Source: Bacteroidaceae bacterium
GTDB lineage: Bacteria > Bacteroidota > Bacteroidia > Bacteroidales > Bacteroidaceae
Assembly: GCA_017541025.1 (NCBI GenBank)
Contig: JAFXZY010000008.1
Coordinates: 44,535 to 108,534 of the forward strand
Direction of reading: 5' to 3'
DNA: 64,000 bases
Numbering within the stretch: position 1 is the first letter of the stretch; each line of letters starts with the position of its first letter. Positions 17,578-28,459 of this stretch are shown piece after piece. The position numbers and the translations under genes are program-made. The notes under the pieces are model-generated. The model saw nothing but the letters and a program-made list of their open reading frames with translations. It was not told the DNA's origin and searched no databases.

Positions 17578-17780
17578 TAATTTTGCAAACAGAATACATA
17601 AAAGCAACCGATAAATGAAAGATAGGTAAAATAATGCACACCATTATAGGTCATCATGCTGTTGATAGTAGTGCGACTTATAGTAAACTTTCATGATGGT
17701 TAGGTATAAAAAGCATGTTACTATTTTCTTAATCTAGTGACAGGAAAAGACTTACCGTGAGGTTGGTCTTTTCTTTTTTT
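17578..17780 (+). ncRNA. Candidate small RNA or short-ORF transcript, bounded by a -7 box and an intrinsic terminator
   Basis: TAATTTTG at 17578-17585 (+) has no downstream plus-strand gene. A strong terminator lies at 17744-17780 (+). Only 4-20 codon ORFs lie in between. Confidence 0.3.
17744..17780 (+). terminator. Rho-independent terminator oriented for the plus strand
   Basis: GAAAAGACttACC-GTGA-GGttGGTCTTTTC followed by T7. It abuts the M28 stop codon on the opposite strand. Confidence 0.7.
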
Positions 17781-17781
17781 G

Positions 17782-19146
17782 TTAGTATCGTTCTATAAAG
17801 TCGCGAACCAGACGGAACACGGGTTCGTAGCTATCGAACTTCACAGTCTCGTAAGTATCATAGATGGTGTGATAGTACTGGAAAGCATCGCCCTTCTCGT
17901 TCTCCAGGAAGATGCAGGGCACATGGCGGGTAGCATAAGGGTAATGGTCACTGTTGGCAGCCAAATCACCACGATGCAAGTTGGTGAAGTAATGCTTCTC
18001 ATTGTTTATCTGTTCGAATAGCTGGTAGCCACGCATGCCCTCTTCGCTAGCCTCGCAATACTGAACGGGACTGTTATCGCCAATCATATCTATATTGAAA
18101 AGGTACTTAATCTGGCTCAAAGGTACTATGGGGTTGTTGGCGAAAAACTCCGAACCACGTAGGTTGGCATCCTCGCCCGAGAAGGAAAGGAAATACATAT
18201 CATACTGAGGTTTATGTTTGGCGTAGTAGGCTGCCAATGTAACGATGCAGGCTGTACCCGACGCATTATCGTTGGCACCGGCATAGAAAACATTCTTGCC
18301 TAAGTTCCCCAGATGGTCGTAGTGTGCCGTAAAGACATAGCAGCTGTCGTGCCGCTGGCCCTCTACTTTGGCAATGACGTTGAAGCACTCGTAATCTTTC
18401 AGGAACTTATTATCCACATTCAGACGGACGCGCTGCACATCCTTGATAGCCTCGGGTGTCACCCAGATGATGGGTTTATCAACCACGCGGTGTCCGTAAG
18501 CCTTAAAGAACTTAATGGGTGCGGGCCATGTGTAGATGAGTCCGGCATTGTTGCATTCGCCTGCCTTTTGCAGCCGCTGGAAATCCTTGCTGTGACGGTA
18601 GGTAAACCAGAACTCGCAAGCCACCAGACAGTTGGCATACTCAGGTTTGGCCAAGTCGGCAAACATACGGTCGGCATCGTAGCTGAGCGTATCCACGTGG
18701 TAAACGGGGAACTCGCCATGCACACCGGGGGAATACTCTCTCATGGAGAAGTCCACTCCTGGCTGCAACGTCTTCCAGTCCCCCCTGCCTCTATCTTTCC
18801 CTTCGCCCTTTGAAGAGGGGTTAGGGTTGAGGCTGGTGAGCGCCTCCATTTCCATTTTACCGCTGAACGTGTTGATGTCCAATTTAAAAGGTTGTAATAT
18901 GACTTCATCGACGCCTGCCTTCTGGTATTCCTTCTGCAAGAATTTCCCTGCCTTGTTGGCACCCCCTTTGGCATAGCCTCGTCCCTGGTACTTGGCGCTG
19001 GCGAGTTCCTTAATCACTCTCTTGTAATGCGCCAAATCCTGCGCACTCACCTGCATGGCTCCTAAAGCCAGCAGTAAAATTAGAAGCCCCCTCCCTGCTC
19101 CCCCTTTGGGGGAGTGTTTTAGATTAGAAAAAAACATGCTCTTCAT
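17782..19146 (-). CDS. M28-family aminopeptidase, secreted
   Basis: Signal peptide, zinc-ligand context FTAHYDHLG, GANDNASGTACIV and FLSFSGEDANLRGS. N-terminal residues 11-20 are encoded by a repeat arm. Confidence 0.8.
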   Translation of the reverse strand: MKSMFFSNLKHSPKGGAGRGLLILLLALGAMQVSAQDLAHYKRVIKELASAKYQGRGYAKGGANKAGKFLQKEYQKAGVDEVILQPFKLDINTFSGKMEMEALTSLNPNPSSKGEGKDRGRGDWKTLQPGVDFSMREYSPGVHGEFPVYHVDTLSYDADRMFADLAKPEYANCLVACEFWFTYRHSKDFQRLQKAGECNNAGLIYTWPAPIKFFKAYGHRVVDKPIIWVTPEAIKDVQRVRLNVDNKFLKDYECFNVIAKVEGQRHDSCYVFTAHYDHLGNLGKNVFYAGANDNASGTACIVTLAAYYAKHKPQYDMYFLSFSGEDANLRGSEFFANNPIVPLSQIKYLFNIDMIGDNSPVQYCEASEEGMRGYQLFEQINNEKHYFTNLHRGDLAANSDHYPYATRHVPCIFLENEKGDAFQYYHTIYDTYETVKFDSYEPVFRLVRDFIERY

Positions 19147-19220
19147 TTTATATAGTTTTTGTTATTTTTATCCTACACCCCCTCTTAGGCACTCCCCTAA
19201 AAGGGGAGCAGGGAGGGGGC
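19086..19220. repeat. GC-rich palindromic element, inverted pair (variant 1): arms 19086-19116 and 19190-19220
   Basis: Arms are GCCCCCTCCCTGCTCCCCCTTTGGGGGAGTG and CACTCCCCTAAAAGGGGAGCAGGGAGGGGGC. The loop contains the M28 ATG (19146) and the CDF stop (19168). Confidence 0.8.
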
Positions 19221-20103
19221 TTCCCTTCGGTTCCACATGCACTGCGATGTGTGTTTCTTCACCAAAATGGCTGCGTAGCAGCTCCTCCACCTCAGAAGCC
19301 TTATCATGCGCCTCACGGAGCAGAATGTTGCCGTCCATGAGGATGTGCAGCTCGATGGCGTAATGGTTACCAATCCTGCGGGTACGCAAATCGTGTGGCT
19401 CAGCTACGCCCTCGACGGATGCCGCCAACTGAAGAATTTCGTTTTCCACCTCATCAGGCAGGGAGTGTTCCATCAGATCGCCAATACCATCGCGCAACAG
19501 AAAGATGGCTACCTTAATGATAAACAGACCCACAAGGACGGAGGCAATGGGGTCAAGCACCGCCCATCTTTGTCCAAAGAAAATGGCGCCGCCAATACCA
19601 ATGGCTGTACCAACGGATGAAAGTGCATCGCTCCTGTGATGCCACGCATTAGCTTCTACTGCCTGCGAATGAAGTTTTCGGGCCTCGGCCATAGAATAAC
19701 GGAAGGTGCCCTCCTTGAGTACAATTGACAACACTGCCGCCCACAAAGCCAACATACCGGGGGGGGGCAACGATGCGCCGCCAGCCCACGCTGCAATCTT
19801 GGTGGCTCCACTCAAAACAATACCAATAGCCACCGCCAACAAGGCAAAACCAATGATGGTCATAGCAAGGGTCTCGTATTTGCCGTGGCCGTACTCGTGC
19901 GACCTATCCTGAGGCTTGCCACTGATATGAACAAAGAAAATGACAACGAGGTCCGTCACAAAATCGCTAAGCGAATGAATGGCATCGGCCACCATTGCAG
20001 CACTGTGGCCCATGATTCCGGCAACAAACTTGAAGACCAGCAGAACCACGTTTACTACACCTCCAACCAGTGTAACTTTGTATATTTGACGGCTCCTTTC
20101 CAT
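19168..20103 (-). CDS. Cation diffusion facilitator (CDF) family metal efflux transporter
   Basis: AMVADAIHSLSDF, HEYGHGKYE, WHHRSDALSS and a cytoplasmic C-terminal domain. The track start at 20136 is GTG; the ATG at 20103 gives MERSRQ. The C-terminal tail comes from a repeat arm. Confidence 0.8.
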   Translation of the reverse strand: MERSRQIYKVTLVGGVVNVVLLVFKFVAGIMGHSAAMVADAIHSLSDFVTDLVVIFFVHISGKPQDRSHEYGHGKYETLAMTIIGFALLAVAIGIVLSGATKIAAWAGGASLPPPGMLALWAAVLSIVLKEGTFRYSMAEARKLHSQAVEANAWHHRSDALSSVGTAIGIGGAIFFGQRWAVLDPIASVLVGLFIIKVAIFLLRDGIGDLMEHSLPDEVENEILQLAASVEGVAEPHDLRTRRIGNHYAIELHILMDGNILLREAHDKASEVEELLRSHFGEETHIAVHVEPKGSPLPAPLLGECLRGGVG

Positions 20104-20175
20104 AGGAAAATGCAATTTTGCCAACAAAATTACCACTTTATTCTAACAAATCGGCCAAAAATGCAGAAAAAGTGC

Positions 20176-20183
20176 TAAATTTG
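20176..20183 (+). promoter_or_regulatory. Bacteroidetes -7 box (TAAATTTG) for the alkaline phosphatase gene
   Basis: Matches TAnnTTTG, 48 nt upstream of the ATG at 20231. Confidence 0.4.
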
Positions 20184-20230
20184 TGCCGCAAATAGAATCT
20201 TATCAAATAATAACATAAAACGACACTATT

Positions 20231-21640
20231 ATGAAACAACGAATTCTCGGCTGCTTGTTGGCAGCTCTTATGAGTCTTGGTGCTATGGCAGAAGTGAAGT
20301 ACGTATTCTACTTCATTGGCGATGGCATGGGTGTGAACCAGATAAATGTTACAGAGACCTACCTGGCAGCCCTAAAGGGCAAGATAGGTTTTGAACCCCT
20401 CTTGATGTCGAGTCTCCCTGTTGTGGGTATGGTAAATACCTATTCCGCAACGAATGGTGTTACCGACTCAGCTGCCGGTGGTACAGCTTTGGCTACTGGT
20501 AAGAAGACCAAGAACGGTGCCATTGGTGTGCTGAAGGATCTGGAAACTCCTGTTACTAGCATTGCACAGTGGGCAAAGAATTCCGGAAAGGCCGTAGGTG
20601 TAGCAACCTCAGTGGCTGTTACGCATGCGACACCCGCTTCTTTCTTCGGTCACCAGCCTGACCGTAACATGTACTATGAGTTGGGTAAGGATCTTTGCAA
20701 GAGCGGATTCGACTTTTTTGGCGGTTCTGATTTCCATCGTCCCTATGCCAAGGAAGGTGAGCCCTCACTGCACGAGCAGGCTCAAGCTGCCGGCTACACC
20801 ATTGTTAAGGGTTATAAGGAGTACATGAAGAAAGGGCGCCAGGCAGAGAAACTTCTGCTCTTCCAGAGCGACAAGGCAAATGAGAAACTGGGCAGCGACC
20901 AGATTCCCTACGCACTGGACCAGACAAAGGATGACCTGACACTGGAGCAGATAACTCGTGCTGGAATTAATTTCCTCATGTCAAAGAACACCGACGGTTT
21001 CTTCTTTGAGGTTGAAGGTGGTATGATTGACTGGGCTTGTCACAGCAACGATATCGGCAACTGCATCAATGAGGTGATTGACTTTGACAAGGCTATCAAG
21101 GTAGCTTATGAGTTCTATGAGCAGCACCCCGATGAAACCATCATCGTGATCAGCGCCGACCACGAGACGGGCGGTCTGGTAATGGGTGTAGGTCCTTACG
21201 AGATTCATACCGACCTGCTGAAGTACCAGCGCAAGAGCATCAACGAGTTGAAGTGGATGCTGAGAGAGCAGTACAAGAAGGCTCCCAAGAAGTTTACCTG
21301 GGAAGCAGTAGATAAGGTTTTGAAAGAAGAGATGGGCTTTGGCGCAGGCATCGATCTGAACGACAAGCAGAAAGAACGTATTCAGAACCGTTGGAAGGAA
21401 ATAGAGAAAGCTATAAAAGAAGATAAGAAAGTGAACGACCGCATTGGTGACCTGTGCGAAACTACTAAGCACATCCTAAGCGAGGTGGCTATGATCAGTT
21501 GGGCCAGCGGCGGCCATTCAAACGGCTATGTACCCATCTATGCTATCGGTCCCGGCACAGAGATTTTCCAAGGACGTATCGACAATATAGAGATAGCTCC
21601 GGGTATGGCCAAAATTGCCGGCTATAAGGTAGAACAATAA
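20231..21640 (+). CDS. Alkaline phosphatase (PhoA family), secreted
   Basis: FIGDGMG, VTDSAAGGTALATG (active-site Ser) and SADHETGG. Confidence 0.85.
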   Translation: MKQRILGCLLAALMSLGAMAEVKYVFYFIGDGMGVNQINVTETYLAALKGKIGFEPLLMSSLPVVGMVNTYSATNGVTDSAAGGTALATGKKTKNGAIGVLKDLETPVTSIAQWAKNSGKAVGVATSVAVTHATPASFFGHQPDRNMYYELGKDLCKSGFDFFGGSDFHRPYAKEGEPSLHEQAQAAGYTIVKGYKEYMKKGRQAEKLLLFQSDKANEKLGSDQIPYALDQTKDDLTLEQITRAGINFLMSKNTDGFFFEVEGGMIDWACHSNDIGNCINEVIDFDKAIKVAYEFYEQHPDETIIVISADHETGGLVMGVGPYEIHTDLLKYQRKSINELKWMLREQYKKAPKKFTWEAVDKVLKEEMGFGAGIDLNDKQKERIQNRWKEIEKAIKEDKKVNDRIGDLCETTKHILSEVAMISWASGGHSNGYVPIYAIGPGTEIFQGRIDNIEIAPGMAKIAGYKVEQ

Positions 21641-21646
21641 ACATAT

Positions 21647-23446
<1,800 letters not shown>

Positions 23447-24751
23447 ATGGAAATGGAACATATAATACCTATGTGGATGCTGATACCTTTTGTGTGTCAG
23501 CTTCTGTGCATAGCAATATTCCCGCTTACAAACGTGAAACACTGGTGGGAAGACAATCGGCATAAACTTCTGGTTTCTTTCCTGCTGGGTACCCCCGTTG
23601 CTGTCTGGCTCTGTATGCATGGGTTAACACATGAGCTGGAGCATCAGATGGTGTACGACTACGTACCCTTTATCCTGCTGCTGATGGCGCTGTATGTGAC
23701 CACAGGCGGCATTTGCATACAAGGCGACCTGAAGGCTACGCCGCGAGTCAACTGCATCATTCTGTCGTTAGGTTACCTGTTAGCTTCCCTTATGGGAACA
23801 ACGGGTGCATCCATGCTGCTTATCCGATTGCTCCTGCAAACCAACAGCCAGCGTAAATACACCACCCACACGGTACTGTTCTTTATAGCTATGGTAGCCA
23901 ACTGCGGTGGTATTCTTACTCCGCTGGGCGATCCCCCATTGTTCCTGCTCTTCCAGAAGGGAACACCCTTTGGCTGGTTCTTGGGAATGACCCCAGAGTG
24001 GTTGGCAACAGGACTGATGATGCTGGCCGTTTACTATACAATGGACAGCAAATTCTACAAGAAGGAAACCGAGGAGAGACTACTGGCAGATGAAGAGGAA
24101 ATGGAGAGGGTAACTTATACGGGTCTAATTAACCTGATATGGTTGGCATGCGTGATTCTGAGCACCATGTTCATCAACAAGACCTACATCCCAGCCATGG
24201 GAGAGCCTGATGCTCCTTTCTATCTGAAATTACTCAGGGAGTGGGCCTTTATATTAATTATCATTCTATCCCTTGTGACAACGAAGAAAAAAGTCAGGAA
24301 AGATAACAATTATAATTGGACACCCATTTTGGAGGTAGTCTGTGTGTTCTGCGGCATCTTTGCGACCATGATTCCTGCACTGATGTATCTGAAGCAGAAT
24401 CCGTTGCCCATAACAGAACCCTGGCAGTTTGTTTATTGTACAGGATTCCTGTCGGCCTTCCTGGATAATGCACCCACGGCGATGGTATTCCATACCACTG
24501 CCACCACACTTGCAGACCCGGGAGCAGCCAATCTGGTGGCAGGCGTAGCAGAGCCCTTGCTGCGTGCCATATCCATGGGTGCCGTATTCTTCGGCTCTTT
24601 GACATACGTTGGCAACGGACCTAATTTCATGGTTAAAAGCATGGCCGAGCAGAGCGGTGTGCGCATGCCTAGTTTCTTTGTCTATATGTTTAAGTTCTCA
24701 CTTATTATCTGTCTGCCCATTTACATTCTGGTACAACTGATTTTCCTGTAG
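23447..24751 (+). CDS. Ion transporter of the ArsB/NhaD-like (sodium:proton antiporter) superfamily
   Basis: About 11-12 TM helices, internal duplication, and the ATG immediately follows the typA stop. Confidence 0.6.
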   Translation: MEMEHIIPMWMLIPFVCQLLCIAIFPLTNVKHWWEDNRHKLLVSFLLGTPVAVWLCMHGLTHELEHQMVYDYVPFILLLMALYVTTGGICIQGDLKATPRVNCIILSLGYLLASLMGTTGASMLLIRLLLQTNSQRKYTTHTVLFFIAMVANCGGILTPLGDPPLFLLFQKGTPFGWFLGMTPEWLATGLMMLAVYYTMDSKFYKKETEERLLADEEEMERVTYTGLINLIWLACVILSTMFINKTYIPAMGEPDAPFYLKLLREWAFILIIILSLVTTKKKVRKDNNYNWTPILEVVCVFCGIFATMIPALMYLKQNPLPITEPWQFVYCTGFLSAFLDNAPTAMVFHTTATTLADPGAANLVAGVAEPLLRAISMGAVFFGSLTYVGNGPNFMVKSMAEQSGVRMPSFFVYMFKFSLIICLPIYILVQLIFL

Positions 24752-24757
24752 ACAAAC

Positions 24758-25711
24758 ATGAACGTTATAGACATTATAAATAAAAGACAAGGAACAGCTT
24801 TCTCTTTTGAGGTGCTACCACCACTGAAGGGGACGGGAACACAGAATCTGTTCAGTACAATAGAGCGACTGCTGGAGTTTGACCCCCGATATGTGAACAT
24901 TACCACGCATCGCAGCGAGTATGTATATCACGAGGTGGGCAACGGACTCATGCAGCGTCAGCGCATCCGTCGAAGGCCCGGTACCATTGCCATTGCCGCA
25001 TCCATCCAACAGAAATACGGGCTACATGTGGTGCCTCATATCGTGTGCAGCGGAAACAACAGGGAAGATTTGGAGTATATGCTGCTGGACCTTCAATTCT
25101 TAGGCGTAAACGACTTACTGGTGCTCAGAGGCGACAAAGCCAAAGAGGATGCCAGTTTTCAGCCAACAGGTGACGGTCCTGCCCATGCGACAGAACTGAT
25201 AGAACAAATCAACAAGTTTAATGCCGGCCATTTTTGGGATGGTTCGGAAATAAAGGTTCCGGGTGTACCTTTCCAATATGGAGTAGCCTGCTACCCAGAG
25301 AAGCATGAAGAGGCTGCAAATCTGGAGGCCGACCTTCAGGTCCTAAAGCAGAAGGCAGATATGGGTGCTCAGTATGCAGTTACGCAACTCTTCTTTGACA
25401 ATGAGAAGTATTTCCGTTTTGTGGAGATGGCGCGTGAGGCAGGCATCAACATTCCCATCATACCCGGTTTAAAGCCTTTGGCTAAGTTGAGTCAGCTTTC
25501 TGTTATCCCCAAGACATTCCATTGCGACCTGCCTTCCGACCTCTATGCCGAAGCCGTAAAATGCAAAACAGACGAGGAAATCAGGCAAGTAGGCATCGAA
25601 TGGTGCGTAAAGCAATGTAAGGAGTTAATGCAGAAGGGCGCTCCCAGTCTGCACTTCTATACAGTAAGTGCTGTTGACAGCATAGCTCAGATAGCCAAAA
25701 AGATATACTAA
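24758..25711 (+). CDS. metF: Methylenetetrahydrofolate reductase
   Basis: FSFEVLPPLKG...NITTHR...VPHIVCSG...LVLRGD...YPEKH...QLFFD are typical of MetF. Confidence 0.9.
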   Translation: MNVIDIINKRQGTAFSFEVLPPLKGTGTQNLFSTIERLLEFDPRYVNITTHRSEYVYHEVGNGLMQRQRIRRRPGTIAIAASIQQKYGLHVVPHIVCSGNNREDLEYMLLDLQFLGVNDLLVLRGDKAKEDASFQPTGDGPAHATELIEQINKFNAGHFWDGSEIKVPGVPFQYGVACYPEKHEEAANLEADLQVLKQKADMGAQYAVTQLFFDNEKYFRFVEMAREAGINIPIIPGLKPLAKLSQLSVIPKTFHCDLPSDLYAEAVKCKTDEEIRQVGIEWCVKQCKELMQKGAPSLHFYTVSAVDSIAQIAKKIY

Positions 25712-25720
25712 GGAACAAAG

Positions 25721-26851
25721 ATGGCATACGGATTTCAGCAGGTAATAGCACAGCAGGCCACTAAGGAGCATCTCCTACAGATGGCAAGAGAGAATCAACT
25801 TCCTCATGCCCTTATGTTCTGTGGTCCTGAGGGAGCAGGTAAATTGCCTTTGGCATTAGCCTTTGCCCGCTATCTGCTGTGTACAGAACCTTCAGAGGAA
25901 GATGCCTGTGGAGAATGTCAGGGATGTCGTATGCTGGACAATTGGGCCCATCCCGACCTGCATTTTTCCTTCCCTGTATACAAGGGGAAATCTTCTGACC
26001 ATCCCGTTTCTGATGATTTTCTGGAGGCGTGGCGGAAACAGCTTTTGGAGAATCCGTATTTTGACACGGAAATATGGCTGAACGACATAAAAGCAGAAAA
26101 CCAACAGATAACCTTCTACGTGCAGGAAAGTGATGCCCTGCAAAGAAAACTGGCACTAAAATCAAGTCAGGGAGGCAGAAAGGTTGTGCTGATGTGGCTA
26201 CCTGAGAAAATGAGTCAGGAAGTTGCCAACAAGTTGTTGAAACTGATAGAGGAGCCACCCTTGCATACCTATTTCATCTTGGTAAGTGAAAACCCTGAGA
26301 TGGTGTTGGGTACCATACAAAGCAGGGTGCAGCGCATCAATGTGCCATCGCTTACAGAGGAAGGAATAACCAATGCCCTGATGGCTCTTCATGCTGTGCC
26401 TGAAGAGCTAGCTCATAACATTGCCCATATTTCGCGTGGCAATTATACAGAAGCTTTGAAGCGCTTGGAAGCCGGCAATGAGCAACAGCAGTTCTTTGAA
26501 CTTTTTGTACAGCTGATGAGAGGCAGCTATATAAGAAACCTGAAAGAATTGCAGGCTTGGACGCAAAGTGTGAAAGAGTTGGGACGTGAACGTCAAAAGC
26601 GGATGCTGGAGTATTTCCAGCGACTATTACGCGAGAATTTCATGTACAACTTCCATAGGGAGGAAATGAGCTATTTGACTAAAGAAGAGGAACTGTTCAG
26701 TCAAAAGTTTTCCCCCTTCATAAACGAGACAAATGTAATAGGAATAATGGACGAGCTCTCTGATGCGCAGCGCGACATAGAACAGAACGTAAATGCGCAA
26801 ATGGTATTCTTTGACTTCGCCCTTAAAATGATAATACTGTTAAAGAAATAA
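25721..26851 (+). CDS. holB: DNA polymerase III subunit delta'
   Basis: LPHALMFCGPEGAGKLPLALAFARYLLC, a CxxC zinc module and KLIEEPP. Confidence 0.85.
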   Translation: MAYGFQQVIAQQATKEHLLQMARENQLPHALMFCGPEGAGKLPLALAFARYLLCTEPSEEDACGECQGCRMLDNWAHPDLHFSFPVYKGKSSDHPVSDDFLEAWRKQLLENPYFDTEIWLNDIKAENQQITFYVQESDALQRKLALKSSQGGRKVVLMWLPEKMSQEVANKLLKLIEEPPLHTYFILVSENPEMVLGTIQSRVQRINVPSLTEEGITNALMALHAVPEELAHNIAHISRGNYTEALKRLEAGNEQQQFFELFVQLMRGSYIRNLKELQAWTQSVKELGRERQKRMLEYFQRLLRENFMYNFHREEMSYLTKEEELFSQKFSPFINETNVIGIMDELSDAQRDIEQNVNAQMVFFDFALKMIILLKK

Positions 26852-28011
26852 TGGTGTATAACTATAAATGCGGATGCAGGGGACGTGGTCTCTGCGCCAA
26901 AGGCAGTAATACAGGTCACTATGGTCAGTTGAATACTTTCAACTATCTGGCAGACATTCCCGACAACCAAGAGGTAACAGACTTGGTGGAGGTCCAATTC
27001 AAAAATACACGGAAGGGATACTTCCACAATGTCAACAACCTACCTTTGCAGAATGGTGACCTTGTTGCAGTAGAAGCGACAGCCGGTCATGATATAGGAA
27101 CGGTGACACTAACGGGTAAGTTGGTAGCGTTGCAGATTAAGAAAGCTAACCTGAAGAGTAACGAAGAGATAAGGCGAATATATCGTGTTGCCCGCCCTAA
27201 CGATTTAGAGCGCTATGAGGCAGCCAAGGCTCGTGAGCAAGAGACCATGATAAAAAGCCGTCAGATTGCGAAAGACTTGGGCTTGGAAATGAAGATTGGT
27301 GATGTAGAATATCAGGGTGACGGCAACAAAGCCATTTTCTACTACATTGCAGATGGAAGAGTGGATTTTCGCCAACTTATCAAGGTGCTGGCCGAAGAGT
27401 TTCGTGTCAGGATAGAGATGAAGCAGATTGGTGCCCGTCAGGAAGCAGGACGTATAGGCGGATTCGGCCCTTGCGGAAGAGAACTCTGTTGTGCTACCTG
27501 GATGAGGAATTTTATAAGCGTTGGAACAGGCTCTGCCCGTTTCCAATACCTAAGTCTGAACCCTCAAAAGCTGGCAGGCCAGTGTGCCAAACTGAAATGC
27601 TGTATGAACTATGAAGTTGATCAGTACATAGAGGCAGGACAAAAACTACCGCAGCGTGACGCCATACTAGTTAGTGAAGAAGGCGAGCATTATCTATTCA
27701 AGGCTGACGTACTTAGCGGTATGGTAACCTATTCTACCGACAAACGACTGGCTGCCAATCTGGTTACTATTTCTGCAGAGCGAGCCCATGAGGTTTTAGC
27801 GATGAACAAAAAGGGAGAAAAACCCGTCACATTGGAAGAAGGTGGACATAAGGAAATAGAACGCCCTGTTGACCTTGCTACGCAGGACGACTTAAACCGT
27901 TTCGATAAGAAGAAAAAGAAGAAAAAGAAGAAAAAATCACCTCACCGAAACAACGATGGTGAAGACAAAACAGAATCTCCCACATCAGAGAAAACACCCC
28001 AGAATGCATAG
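26851..28011 (+). CDS. PSP1 domain protein (RicT/YaaT-like) with a C-terminal Lys10 tract
   Basis: PSP1 core IFYYIADGRVDFRQLIKVLAEEFRVRIEMKQIGARQEAGRIGGFGPCGRELCC. The start overlaps the holB stop (TAATG). Confidence 0.85.
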   Translation: MVYNYKCGCRGRGLCAKGSNTGHYGQLNTFNYLADIPDNQEVTDLVEVQFKNTRKGYFHNVNNLPLQNGDLVAVEATAGHDIGTVTLTGKLVALQIKKANLKSNEEIRRIYRVARPNDLERYEAAKAREQETMIKSRQIAKDLGLEMKIGDVEYQGDGNKAIFYYIADGRVDFRQLIKVLAEEFRVRIEMKQIGARQEAGRIGGFGPCGRELCCATWMRNFISVGTGSARFQYLSLNPQKLAGQCAKLKCCMNYEVDQYIEAGQKLPQRDAILVSEEGEHYLFKADVLSGMVTYSTDKRLAANLVTISAERAHEVLAMNKKGEKPVTLEEGGHKEIERPVDLATQDDLNRFDKKKKKKKKKKSPHRNNDGEDKTESPTSEKTPQNA

Positions 28012-28459
28012 GTGGGCAGGTTTTATTCTTTTATCCATACTTTTACTGGCCAGTTGTGACAGGAACACTTTGATGCATACTTACCAACCAGTAAAAGGGA
28101 ATTGTTGGGATAGAACAGATACTCTGACCTTTAATCTACCTACGCTGTCTACAGACGACAACTACAGTGTGATAGTAGGTCTAAGGGTTACAAACAGTTT
28201 TCCTTATGAGACACTGATAATGGAAGTTGAACAAAATTATCAGAATCCTATGGGTCACCGTGTAGACACCATAAGATACCGTTTGGCTGATGAGAGCGGT
28301 GACTTCACTGAAAAAGGCATCAATTACTTCCAATACGAGACACGGGGTCTGCCCTTGGAATTGAAGAAAGGACAGTCAGGCGAAATAAGAATACGCCATC
28401 TGATGCATAGAGAAATACTACCTGGCATTATGGATGTGGGTATCCATGTTATCCGCTAA
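28004..28459 (+). CDS. gldH: Gliding-motility/T9SS-associated lipoprotein GldH
   Basis: Lipobox LLLASC at the ATG at 28004 (MHRWAGF...). About 150 aa. It follows holB and PSP1 as in other Bacteroidetes (from memory). Confidence 0.6.
   Translation: MHRWAGFILLSILLLASCDRNTLMHTYQPVKGNCWDRTDTLTFNLPTLSTDDNYSVIVGLRVTNSFPYETLIMEVEQNYQNPMGHRVDTIRYRLADESGDFTEKGINYFQYETRGLPLELKKGQSGEIRIRHLMHREILPGIMDVGIHVIR

Noticed and set aside
17636-17698. A 20-codon ORF (MHTIIGHHAVDSSATYSKLS) inside the candidate sRNA interval, considered as a real small protein.
   Set aside because: There is no recognisable ribosome-binding context or conservation evidence. I kept it only as a note under the sRNA candidate.
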